Assembly (NCBI GenBank): GCA_002339085.1
Contig: DDDX01000060.1
Coordinates: 26,525-90,524, forward strand
Source: Cellvibrionales bacterium UBA1969
GTDB taxonomy: Bacteria > Pseudomonadota > Gammaproteobacteria > Pseudomonadales > UBA7434
Length of the DNA stretch: 64,000 bases
Direction of reading: 5' to 3'
Part shown: positions 38,093-47,011 of the stretch, in pieces
Layout: each line of letters starts with the position of its first letter
Numbering within the stretch: position 1 is the first letter of the stretch
Notes under the pieces: generated by a model
The model's database searches: none
What the model saw: the letters and a program-made list of their open reading frames with translations, nothing else
Told to the model about the DNA's origin: nothing
Translations under genes and position numbers: made by a program

Positions 38093-38641
38093 ATGATTAT
38101 AGATACGACGATGCGTCAGAAGACTCTCAAGTTTATCACCATTGCCTTGACCAGCATGGTGACAACGTTTTTTTATCCCGCGTTATTGCACGCCGACATT
38201 GCCAATGAAAAAAACTGGCGTACAATTGATTTCAACCAATCTGATCACAAGTATCTCGCGCTTAGCCGTCAGCGGCTCAGTCAACAAACCCAAACATTTT
38301 TTGGCACTCAATTTCATGGCACGCGCGCGCACGATATACCGCTACTGCAACGACTTTTAGATGAAAAAAAGATTGCTGCAGATCAACGGCAATTACTGCA
38401 GGATATGGGCGTGATTTTAGCCGATGTCATACTGCGCGAGTTCAATGTGAAATGGGTGGTCTATCATGACCAGCATGGTCGCTCGAGGGCACTCCAGCTC
38501 AAACACAGCGACTACTTCTTCTTTCCAATAACCATGATTTCAAGACGGGCTGAAACCGGTCTCGCTGTGGATATTGAAGCACTGTATCAGCAAGTCGCTC
38601 AAAAAATTGCTGATTATTATCAAAGCCAGCGCTATGACTAG
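38093..38641 (+). CDS. Hypothetical exported protein
   Basis: 182-aa ORF with an N-terminal hydrophobic leader (LKFITIALTSMVTTFFYPALLHA). I recognise no family motif. Confidence 0.6.
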   Translation: MIIDTTMRQKTLKFITIALTSMVTTFFYPALLHADIANEKNWRTIDFNQSDHKYLALSRQRLSQQTQTFFGTQFHGTRAHDIPLLQRLLDEKKIAADQRQLLQDMGVILADVILREFNVKWVVYHDQHGRSRALQLKHSDYFFFPITMISRRAETGLAVDIEALYQQVAQKIADYYQSQRYD

Positions 38642-38765
38642 CTAAACCCAAACTCTAATACGACACTCAAAAATGCCTCTGACGCTGTTTTTTTGACTTT
38701 AGCTTACGCTTTTCTTGCTGCACATTGTAAAGAGACTCAGCGATTATAGTGGGAATACGCAAAAA

Positions 38766-39224
38766 TCACGCCGTGAAATAGCGGCTTATTGTATCGACCA
38801 CGCAGGCTGGTCTATCATCGCTTTGAATTTCAACCGTCACACGAACCACCGACTGGATCGCACCTTTAATTTCTTCTACTGCCAGTAATACACCATGCCC
38901 CCTCAAACTCGAATTGACTGGCACAGCAGCTGGAAATCGAGTTTTATCCATCCCTACATTCACTGCATGGGTAAATCCCTGCACTTCAACGATCTGTGGC
39001 AAAAATAAATTTACTAATGATAAGGTTAAATAGCCATGCGCAATACAGACGCCAAAAGGTCCATCTTTAGCTCGCTCTGGATCAACATGAATCCATTGGT
39101 GATCTCCAGTTGCATCGGCAAATTGATTGATTCGATCCTGAGTAACTGTCAACCAGTCGCTGCAATCTAATTGCTGGCCAACCGCATCAAGCAGATCGTT
39201 AGGTTTTTTAAATATTGTTGCCAT
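38766..39224 (-). CDS. MaoC-like (R)-specific enoyl-CoA hydratase/dehydratase (hot-dog fold)
   Basis: 152 aa. Contains the hydratase-2 motif context GDHQWIHVDPERA...GP.....IAHG. Confidence 0.85.
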   Translation of the reverse strand: MATIFKKPNDLLDAVGQQLDCSDWLTVTQDRINQFADATGDHQWIHVDPERAKDGPFGVCIAHGYLTLSLVNLFLPQIVEVQGFTHAVNVGMDKTRFPAAVPVNSSLRGHGVLLAVEEIKGAIQSVVRVTVEIQSDDRPACVVDTISRYFTA

Positions 39225-39492
39225 GCCTTCCTCTTATGAATATAGAAATAACTAGATCTATTATGCTTTATTTTTCGTATTATATATGAAAATTGCTAAA
39301 TAAAAATTGGTCTCAAATTCTAATTGCCAACCTTTAATTAATGTAATGGAGTCTGTCTGTTATGATTATGTCACTAAAATTCAAGTCTATCCTGCTACTT
39401 GTACTTTCTAGACACAGCACATGACGTTACAGCAAAAAATATTATTCTTACATAGATAAAAATTAATCATCAAACTGAGAAATAAATAACGA

Positions 39493-40764
39493 ATGTCAAT
39501 TCAACCTAAGCAGACTCATAAATTAACACAACCTGTAACCATTATTTTTATTGCGATTATAATCGCGACATTGCTATTTATTAACAGACCTGAGCAAGAT
39601 AAGCAAAGCTTGCCAGAGACCCCAATCAGCCTTGAAGCTTATTCAGTTTTCAGTGAAACGGTTGAGATGTCGATTCAATCCCAAGGAATGGTTCAACCAA
39701 GTACTGAAACTCTATTAGCAGCTGAAGTCCAAGGTAGGATTATAGAAGTCGGTGAAAATTTCGTTGCAGGTGGTAAAATCTCACAAGGCGACACATTGCT
39801 TAGAATAGACGACCTCGCTTATCGGACCGCTGTTATTCGAGCTAAAGCGGCTCTTGCGCAAGCTGAAACTGAGCTTGCCGAAGAACGGGGTCGCGCAGAA
39901 GTCGCTTTTCAAGATTGGTCAAGACACAAAAAAAATAGCAGTCGATCAGAACAAGCAAAGCAGCTTGCGTTACGTGAACCTCAGATCAATGAATCCATTG
40001 CTAAGCTCAATGCGGCAAAAGCCGACTTAGAACATGCACGAGAACAATTAAAAAGGACTAATGTTATTGCGCCTTATGACGGCATAATAAAAAATCGGTT
40101 TGTAGATCTTGGCCAGCATGTAAGTCTAGGCATGAATTTAGGTCTATGCTTTTCAACCGAAAAAGCTAAGGTTAGATTACCGATAGCGGAGCATAAATTA
40201 GAGTTAATAGATTTAAAACAAAGCGGCGACTCTTCACCGGAAATCATACTATCTGTTGACTTACCACAATCAAGCCATCAGTGGTCGGCTAGACTCAGCC
40301 ATTCAGAAGGTGTCATTGACGAGAGAAATCGAATGCTTTATCTGATTGCTGAAATAATTGATCCCTATCAGCTTAAAAACCCCAATAACAATCCACCGCT
40401 ACGTATCGGCACCTTTGTGAGCGCTAAAATTTTTGGGAAGAAAATTGATGAGATTTTTCGTATTCCTCAAACTGTTTTGCAGCCAGATGATTCTGTATGG
40501 ATAATTGGTGATGACGGCAAGTTAGAACGCAGGGCCATCAATATTATCATGACAGACAGTGAATACGCCTTTATTAATGAAGGACTATACGAAAAGGATA
40601 AGATAGCTTCGGGTTATGTTGAATCCTCTGTATTAGGAAGAGAAGTAAACGTAGCTCGACTAATAAAAATTCCTAATCTATCACCACAAACGTCAATAAA
40701 CTCACAATCTCTTACAGAAAATAATTTCTCTTCATTAAAAACCCTTTCGGCTGATACCCTTTAG
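39493..40764 (+). CDS. RND efflux periplasmic adaptor (membrane fusion protein)
   Basis: 423 aa with an N-terminal TM anchor and a coiled-coil hairpin (AKAALAQAETELAE...AKADLEHAREQLKRT). NVIAPYDGII is typical of the HlyD/AcrA family. It lies directly upstream of the RND pump. Confidence 0.85.
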   Translation: MSIQPKQTHKLTQPVTIIFIAIIIATLLFINRPEQDKQSLPETPISLEAYSVFSETVEMSIQSQGMVQPSTETLLAAEVQGRIIEVGENFVAGGKISQGDTLLRIDDLAYRTAVIRAKAALAQAETELAEERGRAEVAFQDWSRHKKNSSRSEQAKQLALREPQINESIAKLNAAKADLEHAREQLKRTNVIAPYDGIIKNRFVDLGQHVSLGMNLGLCFSTEKAKVRLPIAEHKLELIDLKQSGDSSPEIILSVDLPQSSHQWSARLSHSEGVIDERNRMLYLIAEIIDPYQLKNPNNNPPLRIGTFVSAKIFGKKIDEIFRIPQTVLQPDDSVWIIGDDGKLERRAINIIMTDSEYAFINEGLYEKDKIASGYVESSVLGREVNVARLIKIPNLSPQTSINSQSLTENNFSSLKTLSADTL

Positions 40765-40773
40765 GAAGCCATC

Positions 40774-43700
40774 ATGTCACGCGAGCATTTAAGCACGGAC
40801 AGTCATAGCGGAATTATCGCATGGTTTGCACACAACCATGTTGCAGCAAATCTATTAATGATCTCTATTATCTGCATTGGTCTTCTTTCTTTGACACAAA
40901 TACGGCGAGAGCTTAATCCAAACATTATACTTGATACACTAAAAGTAACTATTGAGTACCCTGGAGCTTCACCTAAAGAAGTCGAAGAAGGGCTGTCTAA
41001 TAAGATTGAAGAGGCAATTAAAGATATTACTGGAATTGAGAGAATTACATCTTCAAGTTCAGAGAGCCTAGCTTTAATTTACATTGACTTAATGCCTGAC
41101 TACGATCCTAATGATCTGTCCAACCAAATAAAAAACAGAATTGACAGTATTACCAATCTCCCGTCTGAATCAGAACGAGCTAATGTTGAACTTCTAGAGC
41201 TAAAACTACCAGCTATTCAGCTTAGCCTTCATGGCAACACAGATGAAGCCGAATTAAATAAACTACTCAGGGAGATACGACGTGAGATTCTTGCATTACC
41301 GGATATATCTTCAGTTGATATTTTTGGGCTGCGCGATTATGAAATATCAATTGAGGTGAGTGAATTATCGCTTAAAAAATACAAGCTCACCCTAAGAGAT
41401 GTAGCTCTAGCAATTCAACGCTCTTCTATAGATCTTGCTGGAGGATCAATACGTTCTGAGACTGGAGATATCCTTTTAAGAACTGAGGGAGAAGCAAGTG
41501 ATAAAAAAAGCTTTGAAGCTGTTGTGTTACGTAATAATGATGATGGTAGTAAGCTTAAATTAAAAGATGTTGCCACAGTTAGAGATGGATTTGTTCAGGG
41601 GGCTGGACTAACCGTATTTGATCGAGAGTATGGAGCCGCCCTTATGGTCTATTCTGTTGGCGATCAGGATGTTATCAAAACAACCTCAATCATCAAAGAT
41701 TATGTCTCTGACAAAAAAAATAAATTACCTAGTAATGTTCAGCTTACTGCTTGGCAAGATTTAAGTCATTATATTGAAGGTAGGATTTCTTTAATGACGA
41801 AAAACCTGGCTTTAGGTGCAAGCCTTGTATTTATAATTCTATTGCTTTTTTTAAATTTTAATTTAGCTTTTTGGGTAATGGCTGGCCTTCCAGTTTGCTT
41901 TTTAGGAACAATCGCACTATTACAACTCAATGGTGTCGATGTTACTTTGAATATGGTTAGCTTGTTTGGTTTCATTACAGTCCTCGGTATCATGGTTGAT
42001 GATGCTATTATTATTGGAGAAAGTATTGATTCATCCACCAGAATAAATGGCAATAACCTTGATGCGATCATACGCGGGGTTAGAAGAGTAGCAATACCTG
42101 CTACTTTTGGCGTACTAACGACTGTTGCGTCATTTATTCCAACATTAACTTTAGATAGTATCTATGCGCCAATGCCTGCAGCAATGGGTTGGGTTGTAGT
42201 ATTCTGCCTATTATTCTCTTTAATAGAATCTAAGTTAATTCTACCCGCTCACATAGGCCACTCTCGAATAACAAATTTACCTGCCATTCGCGGCATCAGT
42301 CAACAAACAGACAAGCTTTCAAATAAAGCCAATCATATTCTCAAGCACTTTATTGAAAACATCTATTCGCCTTTGTTATTCCACTGTATAGTTAAACGCT
42401 ACACAACCTTAGCCAGCTTCACTGCAGGATTGATAGTAACCGCAGGAATTATTAGCAGCGGCATTGTTTTATTAGTAGTCGTGCCCGTCTCACCCTCAGA
42501 CTTTCTCAATGTGCGGGTTGAAATGATTGAAGGAACACCTGATAAGCAAACTGATGAGGCTGTTCATCAATTAGTAGAATCCCTATACAAAAGCAATGAA
42601 ATATATACTAAAGATAGCGGCATTGAATCAGGCTTCATCAAACATAGCTTTGCTTGGGGACGTGCCGGTGACTTTGCTGAATTTAGCGTTGAGTTAACTA
42701 AACATGAAAATAGGGATATCGATAGCTATGAAGCAGTTCAGCTTTGGCGTGAAAATACCGGACCAATAACAGGAACTAAAAGTGTTGTTTTTTCATCCGA
42801 GGACGGTAGTCCTGATCCTATCTCATTCAATTTAATAAGTGAAGATGAATCCGAGCTTCTATCGGCAACCATAGCACTTCAATCAAAAATAAGTGAATAT
42901 GAGGGTGTCTATGATATCGAATCGACGCTCAGCAATCCCTTAGACGAAATTAGCCTTTCTATAAAACCTATGGCAGAGGCACTGGGACTCAGCCTAAGTG
43001 ATCTTGGCAGCCAAGTTCGAGATGCCTTTTACGGGGTAGAAGCCCAAAGAATTCAACGGAATGGTGATGAAGTAAAAGTTATGGTTCGTTACCCTCGCCT
43101 AGAGAGAAAGTCCTTAGCAGATTTAGATAATATGTATATACGTACATCTTCTGGGGATGAAGTCCCTTTCTATGCAGTTGCAGAGCTCGAATCAAAAAAA
43201 AGCTATTCTTCAATAAATAAAATTAATGGCAAGCACGCGGTGAATATTTCTGCCAAGATCGATAAGCGTTATTACAACCCGGATGCTGTCAGCGCTCAAA
43301 TTATGAAAAGTGATTTGCCGAAACTGGTCGAAACCTACCCGAGCATTCGCTATGAAACTGATGGTGACTCTAAAGAGGCAGCAAAACTCGTTAGAGGTTT
43401 AGCGCAGGGTTTTGTTATAGCAATTATTGCTGTCTACGCATTACTCGCAATACCGCTTAAGTCTTATTATCAACCACTTATTATTATGACTGTTATTCCT
43501 TTTAGCTTTATTGGCGCTGTGTTTGGCCATTGGTGGATGGATACTGCTTTTTCCATGATGTCATTTTTTGGCGTCATTGCATTAACTGGCGTAGTAGTGA
43601 ATGACAGCTTAATCTTGACTGACGCAGTGAATAAGCGCTTAAACGCACAGCAAAGCATTTTTGAAGCAGTAACGGGCGCATGTAAACAGCGATTCAGGCC

Positions 43701-43935
43701 GATACTTATCACTTCATTGACCACTTTTTTTGGCCTATTCCCGCTACTATTAGAGACTAGCCTTCAGGCTCAAGAAATGCTGCCTATGGCTATTTCTTTA
43801 GCATTTGGTATTTTATTTGCGACGGTTATTACCTTAATATTAGTACCTTGTTTGTTTATTATCTTAAATGATATTGCGCCGCCTATGAGCACACCCGAAA
43901 TTGATCCAAACGACCCCGACCTAGTGCTCACATAA
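40774..43935 (+). CDS. RND efflux transporter permease (AcrB/HAE family)
   Basis: 1053 aa with 12-TM, two-large-loop architecture. The conserved TM4 region is VLGIMVDDAIIIGE. Confidence 0.9.
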   Translation: MSREHLSTDSHSGIIAWFAHNHVAANLLMISIICIGLLSLTQIRRELNPNIILDTLKVTIEYPGASPKEVEEGLSNKIEEAIKDITGIERITSSSSESLALIYIDLMPDYDPNDLSNQIKNRIDSITNLPSESERANVELLELKLPAIQLSLHGNTDEAELNKLLREIRREILALPDISSVDIFGLRDYEISIEVSELSLKKYKLTLRDVALAIQRSSIDLAGGSIRSETGDILLRTEGEASDKKSFEAVVLRNNDDGSKLKLKDVATVRDGFVQGAGLTVFDREYGAALMVYSVGDQDVIKTTSIIKDYVSDKKNKLPSNVQLTAWQDLSHYIEGRISLMTKNLALGASLVFIILLLFLNFNLAFWVMAGLPVCFLGTIALLQLNGVDVTLNMVSLFGFITVLGIMVDDAIIIGESIDSSTRINGNNLDAIIRGVRRVAIPATFGVLTTVASFIPTLTLDSIYAPMPAAMGWVVVFCLLFSLIESKLILPAHIGHSRITNLPAIRGISQQTDKLSNKANHILKHFIENIYSPLLFHCIVKRYTTLASFTAGLIVTAGIISSGIVLLVVVPVSPSDFLNVRVEMIEGTPDKQTDEAVHQLVESLYKSNEIYTKDSGIESGFIKHSFAWGRAGDFAEFSVELTKHENRDIDSYEAVQLWRENTGPITGTKSVVFSSEDGSPDPISFNLISEDESELLSATIALQSKISEYEGVYDIESTLSNPLDEISLSIKPMAEALGLSLSDLGSQVRDAFYGVEAQRIQRNGDEVKVMVRYPRLERKSLADLDNMYIRTSSGDEVPFYAVAELESKKSYSSINKINGKHAVNISAKIDKRYYNPDAVSAQIMKSDLPKLVETYPSIRYETDGDSKEAAKLVRGLAQGFVIAIIAVYALLAIPLKSYYQPLIIMTVIPFSFIGAVFGHWWMDTAFSMMSFFGVIALTGVVVNDSLILTDAVNKRLNAQQSIFEAVTGACKQRFRPILITSLTTFFGLFPLLLETSLQAQEMLPMAISLAFGILFATVITLILVPCLFIILNDIAPPMSTPEIDPNDPDLVLT

Positions 43936-43950
43936 GCACCTATTGAGCAG

Positions 43951-43987
43951 GCATTTTTAGCCTCTTGAGGTGAAAAATGCTTTTATT
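43951..43987 (+). terminator. Rho-independent terminator after the RND operon
   Basis: Hairpin GCATTTTT-ag-CCT(cttg)AGG-tg-AAAAATGC at 43951-43980, followed by TTTTATT. It starts 16 nt after the stop codon. Confidence 0.6.
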
Positions 43988-44104
43988 CTGCGTATTAAAT
44001 CGCTACCATATCTCGCAAATGCTAGTGGCACCGCATTATATAGCAGTCTTAAAGTAGCAACCCCTAAGCCATTACCCATACATTTGGATATATTGGAGTT
44101 ATAG

Positions 44105-44521
44105 ATGTCACGTACACGTCATGCAAGCGCAAACGAAGAAGAGTCAGAAATTGATTTAACCCCAATGCTCGACGTGGTATTTATCATGTTAATATTCTTT
44201 ATCGTAACCGCTTCTTTTATTAAAGAATATGGGCTCGAAATTAATCGCCCGGACGATGCGCCTGAAGTCGACATTCCGACAGAAAATCAAAATGTTTTAA
44301 TTAATATTAATGCCTCAAGTGAAATATTGGTGGACCAAAGACGCGTCGATGTTCGTTCCGTCAGATCGGTCATTCAGCGAAAATTGGCAGAGAACCCCAA
44401 AGGCTCTGTGATTATTAGCGCGCATAGCGAAGCCAAAGCTAATACCTATGCGGCGGTAGCCGATGCCGCTCAACAAGCAAAAGAAGGGATAGGCATTACC
44501 TTAGTCGTTAAAGAAGAATAA
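44105..44521 (+). CDS. ExbD/TolR-family biopolymer transport protein
   Basis: 138 aa. The sequence EIDLTPMLDVVFIMLIFFIV is the canonical ExbD/TolR N-terminal TM motif with the conserved Asp. Confidence 0.85.
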   Translation: MSRTRHASANEEESEIDLTPMLDVVFIMLIFFIVTASFIKEYGLEINRPDDAPEVDIPTENQNVLININASSEILVDQRRVDVRSVRSVIQRKLAENPKGSVIISAHSEAKANTYAAVADAAQQAKEGIGITLVVKEE

Positions 44522-44535
44522 GGTTTGTGAAGCAT

Positions 44536-44560
44536 AAAAAAGCCCTACTCGGGCTTTTTT
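44536..44560. terminator. Bidirectional rho-independent terminator between convergent exbD-like and ogt genes
   Basis: The sequence is AAAAAAGCCC-tactc-GGGCTTTTTT. The GC stem is flanked by an A-run and a T-run, so it reads as hairpin plus U-tract on both strands. Confidence 0.7.
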
Positions 44561-44576
44561 ATGGATCTATTTTGTA

Positions 44577-45185
44577 TCATGCAGTAGCTGCTTTTGCACG
44601 ACCTCGCTTAGCCTTGGTGGCTTTTGTTGCGGAAGCATTCTGATTAAGTGCTTGATCAGTATCATTTCGAGCGGTTTCAAGAAGCCTCTGAGCCTCCAGA
44701 GCGGCTCGATACTGACCCGATTCTAAGTTCATTAACCACTCTCTGGCTTTCAGGCCGCCATTATATTCTGACTGCTTACCCGAACGACTCACCACGCGAT
44801 GGCACGGTAGGATAATTGGTAGGGTATTATTTTTCATTGCAGAGGCTATCGATCTGACCGCTTTTGGCTTACCAACCGCTCGGGCAATATCACTGTAACT
44901 GGCAGTTTCACCATAGGGAATGCGCGCAACCGAGCTTAGTATCTGTCGCTGAAATTCGGAACCTTCAGGATTTAGACGAAAATTAAACAGCTGCCTATCG
45001 CCAGCGAAATATTCATTTAATTGTATAATCGCGGTCATAAAAAAGGCGCCATCTTTGCGCCAGTGTGTTTCGGGTAGTAACGGTGCGGGCCCTTCTTGAA
45101 TATTCAATCGAGACAACCCTTGAAAGTCGCCAACCAACAGAATACGACCCAGAGGAGATTCGGTGTAGCAATAATGTGTCGTCAT
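44577..45185 (-). CDS. ogt: Methylated-DNA--protein-cysteine methyltransferase with basic C-terminal tail
   Basis: Contains the active site PCHRVV and the upstream YGETASYSDIA helix-turn-wing region. I chose ATG 45185 (MTTHYCYTESPLG), preceded by GAGG 9 nt upstream. The longest ORF starts at 45200. Confidence 0.85.
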   Translation of the reverse strand: MTTHYCYTESPLGRILLVGDFQGLSRLNIQEGPAPLLPETHWRKDGAFFMTAIIQLNEYFAGDRQLFNFRLNPEGSEFQRQILSSVARIPYGETASYSDIARAVGKPKAVRSIASAMKNNTLPIILPCHRVVSRSGKQSEYNGGLKAREWLMNLESGQYRAALEAQRLLETARNDTDQALNQNASATKATKAKRGRAKAATA

Positions 45186-45779
45186 TAATACAGGCCTCAT
45201 TCACAATCATCGAAACAAATTAACGTCTGCGCGTTGTTAGGAACAAACCACAATCAATCTAACATTAAAATACTATGCCTTATTGTAAGCCTATTAAAGG
45301 CCTTTTTTAGCAAAAAAACGTACATTTATCGTATTTTTAGGCGTTTTTAAAGGCTTTTAAGCCCTCTATTCAAGCTTTTTTATTTTTCTACACTTTATGC
45401 AGCGGTAAATCGTCACTAACTTGCCTTGCTTAACATCAAATCTAGCAGACTTAACGGTTTGTCAGCGGTGATCATGCTAGCATAAACTTGATCGTTTAAC
45501 CCGATTAAGTCAAGCAGCCCAGCAAAAATGACCGGTTAATATTCTAGGAATAGCAACATTGAAGTGTTAACTGTTCGATTGATGAAGATCTTTGAAATTA
45601 GTGAACAGCTATTTATGGCTAAAGTGATATTTTCACTTCTACAGCAGGCCTAATACGGGATAACCATAATCAAATACCCAATCATTAAAGGACAAGCTGG
45701 TAATCTAAAAAAGCTACCGAACTTACACCACTATAAGATACTTAGATCAAACCAATATCACATACTTACAGAAAAACCC

Positions 45780-46943
45780 CTAGCTCATAGCCACAGAATA
45801 ATCAGCGATACGATCACCTAAATCAGTCAAATGTTGTTGGCTTGATCCCATTGAAAATTCCATTTGTCGGAGTAATAAGCAAAACCGCCACAAAGGATAT
45901 TCACGATCGACACCGGTGCCGCCATGCAAATGCTGAGCGGTATAACTGATGCGATGACCGGTATCGCCCGCCCAAATTTTTGCCATTGTGACTGCATCGT
46001 TTATAGCTCGTTGCGCGTCGAGACCGACGGGTTTATCCGATAATAAACAGGCCGCCTGTTGACTACAAAGACGCAGACATTCAACGTCAATATAACCATC
46101 GGCAGCACGTTGGGCAACCGCCTGAAAAGATGCAATCACAGTATTAAACTGCTTACGTTCAGAGGTGTATTTTGCTGTCATGCGCAAAGCTGCATCACTT
46201 GCACCTGTTTGCACGGCACAATAAGCGGTGACTAAACAATTTACGCCGAACTGAATCGCATCATTGGCTACACTGCCCTGCGTAATGACTTGCGAAGATG
46301 GCACAGTAACTGCGGATAGATTCAAGGCCGATTGAGGTTCTGCCGTCGTTGTGTTTTCAGTCGTAAAGCTTACGCCCGCTTGGCCAGGCTCAATTATTAC
46401 TAAAATATTTTCATTGTGGTTGAGTTTAGCGCTGACAATAATGCCATCGGCATGTTGGGCGTAGGGAATATAATGCTTGGTTCCGGTTAGAGTATAGCCA
46501 TCTTCAGCAGGCGTTGCCTGCATACTATGCGGCGTAAGATCAGAACTACTCATCGCCTCTGAGAAAGCAACTGTCAACAAGGATTCACCGCTTGCAACGG
46601 CAGGCAACCACTGTTGCTGTTGTGTATCACTGGCATATTCCGTTAGCACCATGGCAGCACCGGCCAAGCTGGTAACGGCAGGAACAGCGGCAACACTTCG
46701 ACCCACCTCTTCTAACAGCAAAGTTAAGGCAAAATAATCAAAACCCATACCACCGTGCGCTTCATCGATTGCGATACCCAATAGACCAGCGCTTGCTAAT
46801 TGCTGCCACAATGCACGATCAAAACGCTCACCGTTTTCGCATTGATCTAAGCTCCTTAATCGCTCTTCTGTCACCTGCTCTTGAAGAATTTTATTGGCTA
46901 ATTGCCGTATCTCATTTTGCGACTCGGTTAAAGAAAATTTCAC
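45780..46943 (-). CDS. Acyl-CoA dehydrogenase-fold protein, divergent (beta-subunit-like)
   Basis: 387 aa with ACAD fold overall. The positions of the usual motifs are degenerate: AFSEAMSSSDLT instead of EP.AGSD, and C-terminal HGGTGVDREYPLWRF. It lies 68 nt downstream of a canonical ACAD gene. Confidence 0.8.
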   Translation of the reverse strand: MKFSLTESQNEIRQLANKILQEQVTEERLRSLDQCENGERFDRALWQQLASAGLLGIAIDEAHGGMGFDYFALTLLLEEVGRSVAAVPAVTSLAGAAMVLTEYASDTQQQQWLPAVASGESLLTVAFSEAMSSSDLTPHSMQATPAEDGYTLTGTKHYIPYAQHADGIIVSAKLNHNENILVIIEPGQAGVSFTTENTTTAEPQSALNLSAVTVPSSQVITQGSVANDAIQFGVNCLVTAYCAVQTGASDAALRMTAKYTSERKQFNTVIASFQAVAQRAADGYIDVECLRLCSQQAACLLSDKPVGLDAQRAINDAVTMAKIWAGDTGHRISYTAQHLHGGTGVDREYPLWRFCLLLRQMEFSMGSSQQHLTDLGDRIADYSVAMS

Positions 46944-47011
46944 CGTGCTTGCTCCTATTCAAATCTGTTCAATCAATTCATTCTATTCAGTAATCATTTT
47001 ACTGTTAAGTT

